This document shows positions 36,667 through 46,680 of a stretch of 64,000 nucleotides of DNA, piece by piece; the stretch's first letter is position 1; each line of letters starts with the position of its first letter. This DNA is from a virus, in the IMG/VR virus record IMGVR_UViG_3300026097_001200, positions 41,332-105,331 of that record; one strand, written 5' to 3'. A program made the translations under genes and the position numbers. The notes under the pieces are model-generated. The model was not told the origin of the DNA and made no database searches. It saw only the letters and a list, made by a program, of their open reading frames with translations.

Positions 36667-37975
36667 TAATTGGAATTGATTGCCACCAGTCATAAATGTC
36701 TCTGTTGTGTTCCTGTAAAATATCGCCGTATCCATAGTTATCACTGCGGATACTCTCTAGTCGTAATACTCGCTTTTTACCTGCGACCAATCCTGACTGC
36801 CAGTCATCTGGCCATTGTTCTTGAAAGGTTGGCCTGTTTTTTAGCTGTAATAGTACGTCTTTTAGTGCGCCATTGGGTACGCTCTGTGATAAGCTGTCAA
36901 CTTGTTTATCTAACAATTCTCGAGGCAATGCCAATGGACTTAGCACAATATCCGGAGAGAATCCAAATACAACTTTTGCTAGTATATCCACACCCAGATC
37001 GTCGGCTAGCTGTTGCATAGGCTCTACTTCAAACAGCCCCGGCAGTGTGAGTGTGAAGTCTAATCGCATTTGTCTGCGATTTTTCTGTAGGTCTACACCT
37101 TGTTTAAAGTTATCTAAAAACTGTTGATAATTCAAGCCAGTGCGTATGTATTCGCCGATTTTACCAGTGCCATCTATGCTAGCACATATCTGCCAGTCTC
37201 GTATGTTACTGATAATGTCTTGATATAGATGCGCACCTTTGTACTCAATTCTACTGAGATTTGTATTGTACCGAGCATAAAGTCCAGGACCGTCTCCCAA
37301 TTCTACGATCCTGGACATATACCTCCAATGTTGCTCATACATTAGAGGTTCTCCGCCTACCCAATAAACTTCTTGCACCCTGTGTTCTTCAACAGCTTGA
37401 GCAAATTCAGCTTCAATCTGAGTGTCTTGAAATTTGGATATTTCTGCACGGACTTCGGGACGCATCCAATTGTTTTTAGGATTGTCCCAATCGATCATGT
37501 TGTGTTTTCGTTGTTCAGTTTCCCAGGCTGAACTCAACATGTCCCCGCAGGTTCTGCATTTAAAGTTGCAGAGATTACTGAAACGATAGTCCCAGCTAAC
37601 AGGTTGCATACTGGTATGTCCTGATTCGTCTGTGTTTTCCCATATATCGTCGTAGTGATGCTTAAACAGATGCCAGAAATAATCTCTATATACATCAGTG
37701 TTTAATAGTTTGTCATTGCACACTTCGCACTCGCTGAGGGTTTCGCCTGACATCATTCTACGGCGCACACTTTTCATGTGCTCGCTGTTCCAGTGTTCTT
37801 CTAGAGTGCTTGGTTGGTATTCGCCAGTGCCTGCGTCTGTGTCAATGTACTGTTTGAAATTCTGCGCAGGTTCTCTGCTGGCACAACACATTCTGCGCTC
37901 TGTTTGTGGACTGAGATAGGTGTGTGTCCACGGAGCCATACACAGACTGTGCGGTTTTTCTTTAGGTTTTGTCAT
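36659..37975 (-). CDS. radical SAM protein, N-terminal Twitch domain
   Basis: CMAPW...MCC...CEVC, then CNFKCRTC and GGEP. Confidence 0.92.
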   Translation of the reverse strand: MTKPKEKPHSLCMAPWTHTYLSPQTERRMCCASREPAQNFKQYIDTDAGTGEYQPSTLEEHWNSEHMKSVRRRMMSGETLSECEVCNDKLLNTDVYRDYFWHLFKHHYDDIWENTDESGHTSMQPVSWDYRFSNLCNFKCRTCGDMLSSAWETEQRKHNMIDWDNPKNNWMRPEVRAEISKFQDTQIEAEFAQAVEEHRVQEVYWVGGEPLMYEQHWRYMSRIVELGDGPGLYARYNTNLSRIEYKGAHLYQDIISNIRDWQICASIDGTGKIGEYIRTGLNYQQFLDNFKQGVDLQKNRRQMRLDFTLTLPGLFEVEPMQQLADDLGVDILAKVVFGFSPDIVLSPLALPRELLDKQVDSLSQSVPNGALKDVLLQLKNRPTFQEQWPDDWQSGLVAGKKRVLRLESIRSDNYGYGDILQEHNRDIYDWWQSIPIIG

Positions 37976-38384
37976 TGTGTAAAGAGGCTACTCTGCGTCT
38001 TAGATCGCTGCTGCTGAACCGATGTTCTCTTTTATTGAAGTATAACTGAATACCACGCTTTTTGCAAATATCTTTGCCAGTGAAGTCATGCTCTCTGTAT
38101 TCTTCTCCAAGTATGCGCACATCTATGTGCATCATTTCTAAGATGTCTTCTAAATCTCTTTCATTTTCGTACACAACAATTTCATCTACATAGCGCACAG
38201 CCTGTAGCTGTGTATATCTTTCTACCAGTGTTTGCACAGGAGAGTTTTTGTTAGCACGGTCGCGGCTTGGATCCACTTGAAGTCCTACCATTAAGTAATC
38301 GCACTGTTCCTTTGCTTCGCGCAGCATTGCTACATGTCCTGCATGTAACAGGTCAAATGTACTACAGGTAAATCCTACTTTCAT
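37962..38384 (-). CDS. cytidylyltransferase (TagD/glycerol-3-phosphate cytidylyltransferase-like)
   Basis: FDLLHAGH (HxGH), ER...L...YVD and R.H.FSSS.LR. Confidence 0.9.
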   Translation of the reverse strand: MKVGFTCSTFDLLHAGHVAMLREAKEQCDYLMVGLQVDPSRDRANKNSPVQTLVERYTQLQAVRYVDEIVVYENERDLEDILEMMHIDVRILGEEYREHDFTGKDICKKRGIQLYFNKREHRFSSSDLRRRVASLHNDKT

Positions 38385-39604
38385 TGCACACCCTCATACT
38401 CAATCCATTCTGCTAATTCACTGTGATGATCTCTAAGGTCTTGACTGCGCTTGAAATCCAAGTCTCTTACCTTCATGCGTAGTATTTGTCCGTCGTGACT
38501 TGGGCCGCCGTTCATAAAATCAATTATACGCTCGAACTCTTGTTTATGCTTGGGTCCAACATCGGCACTGCGAAGTCGCTGTTCGATTTCATGTTTTGCA
38601 CGACTAGGTAATGTGCTAATACTGAAATAATAAGCTTCGTGCATCATGTTCCAGTATACAAAATCAAACTCCTGCTGGTCAATCCAATTAGCCAGTGTTT
38701 CTAGATATGTAACATTGAACACATTTACTGTGCTACATACCTGAAGTTGTATTATATCAGGGTAACGTTGTTTAAGCTCCCGGAAACGAGAGATATTCTC
38801 GTTTACTAGATTCCACTCAGCATTACTGCGTTGATACTCAAAGCGATCTTCTACATCATCTATGCTGAATGCAATCTCAACAGTCTTAAAGTGCTTCCAA
38901 AGATCTTCGCCGGATTCTGGATAAATTGTACCGTTTGTGTTGTAGTGAATTTCTACATTGTTTGCGATGCCTTTGTCAACCAAGCTTTGCAAGATGCCAA
39001 AGTGTTCTTGAATCATAAACGGTTCGCCGCCTGTGAATTCAATATAGCGTATATCATCGCTTACATTATCAAATTGATCCCAGAACGTTTCAGTTTCTTT
39101 TGGCCAGGCACCTTTTTTCAACATCTCATAGTGATAGCTGTCTTTTTTATCGCCTTCTTCTCTTCTATGAAATTGCAATTCCTCGGCAGCAAACTGTGAA
39201 CTAGACCATGAACCACAAATTCTGCACTTGAGATTACAGATGTTGCCAAGTTTGAGATCAAGAAACATCAAAGGTTTAGCATCCACAGTCCATTCCTGTT
39301 CCGGTAGCACATGTTTCAAGCGATCCAAAGTGTGCATGCGTTTACTGGTACGGCCTGCACGTTCTTCCTTCCAGCATTTCCTACATGTGCGAGGTTGCTT
39401 GCCATCTAGAAACTGTTGTCTTAAATCCTGCATGTAATCGCTGCGTTGTATTTCACCCAAGTCGCTGGCAATAAGTTCAAATTTTTCACCGTTGTTGTCT
39501 TTGATTTCGTCTTCGGCAAGACAACAAGGTCGAACTGTACCAATGGGACTGGTTTCTAAACTAATCCATGGTAATACACAAAACTGTTCGTGTGGTAAAT
39601 TCAT
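38381..39604 (-). CDS. radical SAM protein, N-terminal Twitch domain
   Basis: CVLPW...PCC...CRKC, then CNLKCRIC and GGEP. Confidence 0.92.
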   Translation of the reverse strand: MNLPHEQFCVLPWISLETSPIGTVRPCCLAEDEIKDNNGEKFELIASDLGEIQRSDYMQDLRQQFLDGKQPRTCRKCWKEERAGRTSKRMHTLDRLKHVLPEQEWTVDAKPLMFLDLKLGNICNLKCRICGSWSSSQFAAEELQFHRREEGDKKDSYHYEMLKKGAWPKETETFWDQFDNVSDDIRYIEFTGGEPFMIQEHFGILQSLVDKGIANNVEIHYNTNGTIYPESGEDLWKHFKTVEIAFSIDDVEDRFEYQRSNAEWNLVNENISRFRELKQRYPDIIQLQVCSTVNVFNVTYLETLANWIDQQEFDFVYWNMMHEAYYFSISTLPSRAKHEIEQRLRSADVGPKHKQEFERIIDFMNGGPSHDGQILRMKVRDLDFKRSQDLRDHHSELAEWIEYEGVQ

Positions 39605-41307
39605 CGTAGTGCCTCTAATTCTGGAATTTGTTCTAGTATGTTTTCGTTTCTTATTTGATCAAGCTGATCGGTCTTGGACCAAAACTCATCTATTAGTGCT
39701 GTGTTGTCTGTGCTGTTCATAAACCGTATTGCACTTTCGAAGCCTTGGGTAGCACGTTGTAGATCATCCTGCGGACGCAACCATTCCAGGTGTTGTTCCC
39801 ATTTGTGTTGTAGTTTTGCTTTGTACTCTGCAGGTGCAATGTCAATCCTGTAATGCCTTGGATCTTGTAGTATGTTAACATTGAGATCCTGTGCACGTAA
39901 CAAACCTTTGTTGACCCAGTCTTGGTGGAAATCAGTAATATGCCATGCATTCATTATACTCAGTGTAGGACTAATATAAAAGTCCACGTCAGGACAGATT
40001 TCCAGCATCTGCTGTCTGTTGCGTTCCACGTTTGCCCAGGTAGTGCCTTTGCGAATATACTCTGCGTGATTACCCATTGCATCGAGACTGGCACCGACAG
40101 CTACACTGTCAAACTTTTTCCAGTAGTCAAACACCAGTCTATCCTTGAGTTTGACTTCAGTAAAGTTGCTGTTGTAGATTAAACGTACATCAAATCTGCC
40201 GCGACGTTCAAGTTCTTCTAAAATGTTGTAGTGTTCTATCATCAACAGAGGCTCACCGCCAGCAAAATAAATTTGCTCTACGTCGTCGATGTGCTCGACC
40301 AACTGTTCCCACATATCAGTTTCGTGTCTGCCAGCATAGATAAGCACACTGTTTTGTTTTTTCCAATCGTCACCTGCTAGCTTGGCTTGATCTTGATACC
40401 AACTACTAGAGAATATATGTCCGCAACTTCGACAGCTTAGATTACAGAGATTACTAAAACGTATGTCCCAGTAGGTCATTGAAAATTGGTCTACACTACC
40501 GTCTTGTTTGGTATCTTTGATGCGTTTAATATGGTGACCATGGTGCTTGTTTGCGCTTTGTCTTCCTGAGAAAAATCCTGCATCTTCTTGCTCATAGCAT
40601 CGAGTGCACCAAGAGTTTTCTTTTTCAGATAACATGTCTCTGCGAAGTTCGCGCATGCGCTCGCTGTTGTTTATATTCTCTAGTGTGTCCTGCTTGGCAT
40701 TACCTGCAGGGCCTTCACGCATTTCAGCATGACAGCATGGGTACACATCACCAGTGGGATATGCATGTAAATGAATCCATGGATATATACAAAAGCGTTT
40801 ACTGCCAGTGAGATAAAACTGTTCACTGTCAGTTACGTCATTGAGATTAATTTTAATTGGATTTAGACTACCGTAACGATATTCGTCTTTTTTACTAGTG
40901 GGTAATCTTTCTAATATTCTTCTATGATGTAGATCTTGTTCAACGTAGACAAATTCAACTGACACAGGGTCATTGCTTAGATCTTTTAATCGACTTTGTT
41001 GTTCTTGCCAGTGTGAGCTATTAGTTACTATTATAACAAAAAAATTGCTAATGTCAACATGGTTTAATGCCAGTTGCAGATTTTGCAACACCAGGCCCAC
41101 AGTATCATCTTGTACATAACTGTCAGTGGTAGTTGTAAACACCAGGCGTTCTTGGTCACTGTAAGCATCCTTTCGTAGTCGTGCAAGCAATTCAACCAAC
41201 TGTTGTTGCATGTCTTCGTAGTGCAATTCAACATAATAATCAAGATCAACAGTGGACACAACTGTGTAGGTTTTTTCTATACTGTTTAAGGTATTTTCAT
41301 ATTTCAT
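39601..41307 (-). CDS. radical SAM protein, Twitch domain plus an extra ~170-aa N-terminal domain
   Basis: CIYPW...PCC...CTRC, then CNLSCRSC and GGEP. ATGA-coupled start at 41307. Confidence 0.9.
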   Translation of the reverse strand: MKYENTLNSIEKTYTVVSTVDLDYYVELHYEDMQQQLVELLARLRKDAYSDQERLVFTTTTDSYVQDDTVGLVLQNLQLALNHVDISNFFVIIVTNSSHWQEQQSRLKDLSNDPVSVEFVYVEQDLHHRRILERLPTSKKDEYRYGSLNPIKINLNDVTDSEQFYLTGSKRFCIYPWIHLHAYPTGDVYPCCHAEMREGPAGNAKQDTLENINNSERMRELRRDMLSEKENSWCTRCYEQEDAGFFSGRQSANKHHGHHIKRIKDTKQDGSVDQFSMTYWDIRFSNLCNLSCRSCGHIFSSSWYQDQAKLAGDDWKKQNSVLIYAGRHETDMWEQLVEHIDDVEQIYFAGGEPLLMIEHYNILEELERRGRFDVRLIYNSNFTEVKLKDRLVFDYWKKFDSVAVGASLDAMGNHAEYIRKGTTWANVERNRQQMLEICPDVDFYISPTLSIMNAWHITDFHQDWVNKGLLRAQDLNVNILQDPRHYRIDIAPAEYKAKLQHKWEQHLEWLRPQDDLQRATQGFESAIRFMNSTDNTALIDEFWSKTDQLDQIRNENILEQIPELEALR

Positions 41308-42722
41308 AAATTGTTGTACCATTCGGCTAGACGGGGGAACGTTACTGCAAAGTTCTTGTTACGTCTTCTGTCATACTGCTCAAAGAAACGTTTGAAATCT
41401 TGTTGTAAAAGCTTGATATCATTCTGCCCTTGTTGAAGTTCATAGGGCGTAAGATCATGTTTAGTTACATCTTCCTTGTGCGGATCTACTACATTGCGTA
41501 TGTATTTGCTGATACGCTGAATATGGTCTCTTTCCAAATGGTCGATTACATCTAACACATCAGTACTGGCCATGAATTCATCAATTTCATTTGCAATGGT
41601 TTCTCGGACATCTTCGGGCAACACAACAATGTTTTGAAATGTTGGGAAACGTACTGGATTAATAGTAAACATCAAATTTTTGCCCTGAGGTTTGGCGGTT
41701 TTTTTCTTTTCTACCAGCCACTTTAAAAAATCAACAAAGCCATCAGCATTTGGTGCATTAATAGTGCCAATAATACTGATATCCCCTATGTCTTTGCTTG
41801 CAATTAAACGATCAAGATTTCGTTCCCATTGTTGCCAATCCAGACCGTCCCTCACATACTCGCCCTGAGCACCAACACTTTCACTGCTAACATAAGTCCA
41901 CACAGGTAAATCTATCCTGCTGATTTTGTCTAGCATTTTGTCAACCACTTTATCGTCGTATGCAAGATTGGTTGTGATTTCAATCCTGCATGTTGCCTTG
42001 CTTGGATTTTTCTCTAGCCAGTCCAACAGTCTCCACATATGAGGGCTCATCATCGGCTCACCGCCTGTGATACGCAGTTGTTTTAAACTGGCAGCTAAAC
42101 TGTCTTCCCACCACTGAAAAAATGCTTCTGCGTACTGGTTAACTTCGTTGGGTCCACTGGTCATGCTGTCATCGCAAGGCGAAACATAATGTTGTCTGCG
42201 ATCAGTTTCCAGCCCTTCATATGCGCCGTTATTGCGCACATCAGTTGCCCAACTGCTGCTGATACTAGGACAACAATAGCTGCATGCCAACTGACAGGTT
42301 CTATCAAACGCAATTTCTAAATATAGTAAATCAACATCTTGATCAGCTGGAGCATCAAATGCTGACTGTAATTGTTCTTCACTGGCAATAGTACTTAACC
42401 AATACCTATCTGCAAGATTATTAGGATCTGTTTCTTCCATAACCCAACAAAATTGACAGTTAGCTGGTTTCTCGCCACGTTGCATCATTGCACGTTCATT
42501 TTTCTTAACTGAGGTATTGTGCAATGCTCGGGGATTTTTTTTAATCTCTTCTATATCAATTGCATGCGGTGGATTGTGATGGCAACTTGTAGTCCACCCT
42601 TGCTGAAGCCACACACTGGCATTATACCACTTAGCACCACAGAAGCTAGGACTCTTGCTGTTAAGCACTCGATCTTTCCACTCTCGGTATTCAGTGTTGT
42701 TGTAGAGTTTTATTTTTTTCAT
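41304..42722 (-). CDS. radical SAM protein, N-terminal Twitch domain
   Basis: CGAKW...SCHH...CQFC, then CQLACSYC and GGEP. Confidence 0.92.
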   Translation of the reverse strand: MKKIKLYNNTEYREWKDRVLNSKSPSFCGAKWYNASVWLQQGWTTSCHHNPPHAIDIEEIKKNPRALHNTSVKKNERAMMQRGEKPANCQFCWVMEETDPNNLADRYWLSTIASEEQLQSAFDAPADQDVDLLYLEIAFDRTCQLACSYCCPSISSSWATDVRNNGAYEGLETDRRQHYVSPCDDSMTSGPNEVNQYAEAFFQWWEDSLAASLKQLRITGGEPMMSPHMWRLLDWLEKNPSKATCRIEITTNLAYDDKVVDKMLDKISRIDLPVWTYVSSESVGAQGEYVRDGLDWQQWERNLDRLIASKDIGDISIIGTINAPNADGFVDFLKWLVEKKKTAKPQGKNLMFTINPVRFPTFQNIVVLPEDVRETIANEIDEFMASTDVLDVIDHLERDHIQRISKYIRNVVDPHKEDVTKHDLTPYELQQGQNDIKLLQQDFKRFFEQYDRRRNKNFAVTFPRLAEWYNNL

Positions 42723-44071
42723 AGTTGGGAGTACCAGCTGTTTAGATCAGGAAATGCTGTAGCAAAATCCAAGTCTCTGCGCTCGTCATACTGCGAATAA
42801 AACTTTTTAAAGTCGTTTAAAAGTTTTGGATGTTCAAAGGTTTCTGAGTGCGGAGTTTTTACAACATCTAAGTAATCTATTAAACGTTGTAGGTGATTGA
42901 TTTCGTGTTGATGTAGCAGTGTATTGTTCTTGTGAGTATTTAACCATGATTCAAGATCTTGTTTATATTTTGTGCGTATGTGGTCAGGAAATATCAACGG
43001 ACTCTGAAAACTAGGAAAACGTAAAATATTCAATGTAAAGTTAGGACGGTCCTTGCCAAACTCTGCTTTCCATTCTAGTACCCGATCTAAAAATTCAGGT
43101 AGACTGTCCAGGCATAGTGCATTGATTGTGCACATGTTATGCAAACTGCGTATTTGCGGACTGCGTACCAATAGGTCCATATTGCGTAACCATAGATTCC
43201 AATTTAATCCGTGGCGGATGTACTCAGCTTGCTGATCCATACTTTCGTTACTGGTGTAAATATCCAGTTCGATATCTTTGCAAGCATCCAGTAGTTCTTG
43301 AATCTTTTCAGTAGGCAGGCTCAAGTTGCTGTTGATAGCCAGGCGAGTTTTACTTTTTCCACGATTTTGTTTAAACCATTCAATCAGTCTCCAGGTATAT
43401 CCGCTCATCAATGGTTCGCCGCCAGTGATCCTCAATTCTTTCAGTGTGCGGTGAAGATCACTTTCCCACCAACGAAAAAATGCTTCTACATATGGGTTTT
43501 CTTCATTGATAGTAAATAGTTGTGCACTGTCATGTGGATGTGTAAAGTGATTACGACCGTCACTGACCAGTCCGTTGTATGCGCCATTGCGTTTTACGTC
43601 CTTTACCCACGTACTGGAAAATGCAGGATTACAATAGCTGCATGCCAGTTGACAGGTTCTATCAAAACTAATCTCCAGTGTTTGCAGATCTATATCTGCA
43701 TCCGGGTCTGTTTCAAAAGCAGTTTGCAGATCATTGTCGTTATAAATCACACTTTTATACACACGATCGCTGACTGCGTCACGACCCATGTCTTCTATTT
43801 TCCAACAGTACTCGCACCCAGGTGGACGCTCGCCACGCTGCATCATTGCTCGATCTTCTTTTTTCTCTGGCGTGTTGTGCAATAGCTTGGGATTATCAGT
43901 GATATCCTTTACAGGCACCAGATGCGCAGGTGGATGATGACAACTAGTAGTCATGCCCGACCCAAGCCAGATAGTAGCATTGTACCACTTGGCTCCGCAA
44001 AAACTAGCACTTTTACTGTCTAGTACTCGCTTGCGAAATTCTAAGTCTGATTCGTTGTTAAGTCTTGTCAT
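42719..44071 (-). CDS. radical SAM protein, N-terminal Twitch domain (close paralog of 41304..42722)
   Basis: CGAKW...SCHH...CEYC, then CQLACSYC and GGEP. Confidence 0.92.
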   Translation of the reverse strand: MTRLNNESDLEFRKRVLDSKSASFCGAKWYNATIWLGSGMTTSCHHPPAHLVPVKDITDNPKLLHNTPEKKEDRAMMQRGERPPGCEYCWKIEDMGRDAVSDRVYKSVIYNDNDLQTAFETDPDADIDLQTLEISFDRTCQLACSYCNPAFSSTWVKDVKRNGAYNGLVSDGRNHFTHPHDSAQLFTINEENPYVEAFFRWWESDLHRTLKELRITGGEPLMSGYTWRLIEWFKQNRGKSKTRLAINSNLSLPTEKIQELLDACKDIELDIYTSNESMDQQAEYIRHGLNWNLWLRNMDLLVRSPQIRSLHNMCTINALCLDSLPEFLDRVLEWKAEFGKDRPNFTLNILRFPSFQSPLIFPDHIRTKYKQDLESWLNTHKNNTLLHQHEINHLQRLIDYLDVVKTPHSETFEHPKLLNDFKKFYSQYDERRDLDFATAFPDLNSWYSQL

Positions 44072-44072
44072 G

Positions 44073-45197
44073 TTAATATGTTACCCAGCCGTATTCAAAT
44101 TCAGGCAATACTTTAAGTATATTCCGTTTCCTAATATTATCTCTTAGTTTTATTTCCTTACAAAACTCATCCCAGAGTCCTCTATTAAAAAAATATTTTT
44201 GGTCAAGGAACTGTTTAAGTCCTGGATGCAAATCCTTAACTAATTCAATCTTGTTAACTGCACCAGCGTAAATTTCCGGGGGTAGATTGTTCCAAGTGTA
44301 TATTCGCGGAGTAAACAGTTTTGCAAAATGACAATTTAATTGTTTTTTATTTGCATATTCTACAACTTCTATTATACGACAGAAATTTAAATTTGTCACT
44401 GTACAATTAAGTGTAATGGCATTTAGATTATCAATTGTTTTAAAAGTATCTATATTGGAGTCAATGTCATTCCACTTACTAGGAAATCTAATATACTCAT
44501 TTACAGGTCCTACTCCATCAATACTTATCATGATGTCAACACTGTTGAATTTTGAAAAAATCTCCTGCCACTTTTCAGGAAACACTGTTCCGTTTGTCTG
44601 AATGCGCAAGTGTATTTCTGAACACCAATCAGGATCAGCATCAATCAGTAACTGTTGTATCTCAGGCACAATCAAGGTTTCGCCTCCACGAAGATCCAAC
44701 ACTTCTATGTCTTGCTCGACAACACTAGCAAAAATTTCACCAAGTCGCTCTGAAGTGTATTGACAATCGCTCTGTCGTGGTGTTGACTTACCTATAAGTC
44801 TGTCTTCTGCTAGTAACATAGAACTGTCTTGAGGAACACACATTAAGCATTTCAGATTGCAAAGATTGCTTACGTGAAATTCTATACGTCGAGGGAACTC
44901 GATATTTAAGTCTGCATCTGTGATATTAATAGCAGCTAGAGCTTCTGTTCTTGGTGATGTTCCGCTAGCTTCTTCCTGTACATAGCATCCATTGCAATAG
45001 CTGTTCTTTTTACCAGCAATCATGTCACTACGAAGACTAGTCATTTGGTCACTTAAGAAAAAATCTTGTATACTGTGATTATTCAATGAGTAGTCTGGCT
45101 TAGCAAAGCAACATGGTGATTGTTTTTTGTCGTTGCGAATTACTACGCTGGTAAATGCATATGGACAAATAGCTTCATTATTCTCGGTGTTTATCAC
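44073..45197 (-). CDS. radical SAM protein, N-terminal Twitch domain (AT-rich)
   Basis: CPYAF...PCC...CNGC, then CNLKCLMC and GGET. Confidence 0.9.
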   Translation of the reverse strand: MINTENNEAICPYAFTSVVIRNDKKQSPCCFAKPDYSLNNHSIQDFFLSDQMTSLRSDMIAGKKNSYCNGCYVQEEASGTSPRTEALAAINITDADLNIEFPRRIEFHVSNLCNLKCLMCVPQDSSMLLAEDRLIGKSTPRQSDCQYTSERLGEIFASVVEQDIEVLDLRGGETLIVPEIQQLLIDADPDWCSEIHLRIQTNGTVFPEKWQEIFSKFNSVDIMISIDGVGPVNEYIRFPSKWNDIDSNIDTFKTIDNLNAITLNCTVTNLNFCRIIEVVEYANKKQLNCHFAKLFTPRIYTWNNLPPEIYAGAVNKIELVKDLHPGLKQFLDQKYFFNRGLWDEFCKEIKLRDNIRKRNILKVLPEFEYGWVTY

Positions 45198-46680
45198 TGT
45201 AATCCTCGATATGCTGTATTATTTTTTTATGTTTTGCGTAAGAAGCAAATCCACCATGCGCATTATCATATTCATGGTCTATGTTTTTGTATTCTTCAAC
45301 ATGCCAGTAAGGATGTAATGTATTACAACTGTCAATTGATTTTTTCATTGGCAACTCTAACCATGTACATATATGTGCTAAGGTTTCCTGCGGCGAAAAA
45401 ATTATGTCTTTTAAAAGAATTTTCTTAATGTTTCTGTTTTCAATGGCGTCGTTGAAGTGCGCAGGAAAGGCAAACAAATTGTTGGCAAAATTCAGTGCAG
45501 ATTCTTTGTGCAAGACAGTGTGTAAAGTGCGCAATACATCTTCTAATTCAAAATTTTTATTTTGTATTACAATCAAATTTTTTACTCGGGTTTGTAAATA
45601 GCCAAACCATTCGTTGATGTTTATCTTGTGTTGCTCTAAGAGCTTATTATGACTTTCGATTGATGTTTCATAAAACAGATTATCACTGTCAGTAATATGA
45701 TGTAAAACCTCCGTTAAGCATTGGCTAGCTACGCTGGTATTATGTACAATTAAATTACAGTCTGCAAGGGTTTTGTTGACTACCTGATCGTAAATCTCAT
45801 TTAATATTTTTTCTTTTTTTTCTGCAATGTAAAATACAGCAGGATAAATGTTTCTAACTTTTGGAGTAGCCAACAAGTCTACAAATTCTTGACTCTGTAT
45901 TGGTAACTGTTTTAAACAGTCATGATAAATTATGCTGTCAGTACTTGATATTGATTTTAATTGTGTTAAATGTTGCCTTATTTTTTGTTTATGTATATCT
46001 GGAATTTTTTCACGCAACACTGGATTTTTATCTCTGAACAAAGTTAGAATTTTTTCATCTTGATCTAGGTACGCCTGTCTATCCTGCCAAAAATTGATAG
46101 ATTCTTCTATCTCCTTGGTAGATCGTGCACTATTCTTATGTTTCCACCATTGACATAAGGTAGTTAACGTCTTCACTGGTCTGTTAACCAACTGTTTCAT
46201 TTTAACTACATGTAAGTTGCAGTGTTCGATACTGTTAATCTGGTTTGATGCATTTTGAAAAGTAGAGATTGCTCTTGCTAGTTCAATAACATTTGTAACT
46301 TTTGTAAAACTGCAAAAGGGCATTTCGGGTTGTCTATTGTTGAGCAATTCTAGTATGCAGTTTGTAGGATCAATGACCACTGTAGGACCCGTGTCTGCAA
46401 TTTCTAGAATGTCAGATTCTATGTCATTGACATTGTAATGTAATCTCACTATGCTACTTGTTGTGTTTGTATTTGTAAGATGATATTCATCGTGTCTATT
46501 GATAAAATTATCACGATAATTGTGTACGCTACCGTTTTCGGTTATAACGTCTTCAATGCTTTGGTAATTTAGATCATCTAACCATCCTAGTGCCCAGCAT
46601 AAAAAGTTTCCGTAATCTCCGCCTGTATGTACTACACGGAGATCAAACTGTTCGAGATATTTCAAATAGTCGTCATGCAT
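45178..46680 (-). CDS. hypothetical protein, possibly a tandem sulfotransferase-like/P-loop domain
   Basis: N-terminal VVHTGGDYGNFL. The two halves share K.L...P..TL...C.W. AT-rich. Confidence 0.5.
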   Translation of the reverse strand: MHDDYLKYLEQFDLRVVHTGGDYGNFLCWALGWLDDLNYQSIEDVITENGSVHNYRDNFINRHDEYHLTNTNTTSSIVRLHYNVNDIESDILEIADTGPTVVIDPTNCILELLNNRQPEMPFCSFTKVTNVIELARAISTFQNASNQINSIEHCNLHVVKMKQLVNRPVKTLTTLCQWWKHKNSARSTKEIEESINFWQDRQAYLDQDEKILTLFRDKNPVLREKIPDIHKQKIRQHLTQLKSISSTDSIIYHDCLKQLPIQSQEFVDLLATPKVRNIYPAVFYIAEKKEKILNEIYDQVVNKTLADCNLIVHNTSVASQCLTEVLHHITDSDNLFYETSIESHNKLLEQHKININEWFGYLQTRVKNLIVIQNKNFELEDVLRTLHTVLHKESALNFANNLFAFPAHFNDAIENRNIKKILLKDIIFSPQETLAHICTWLELPMKKSIDSCNTLHPYWHVEEYKNIDHEYDNAHGGFASYAKHKKIIQHIEDYSDKHRE

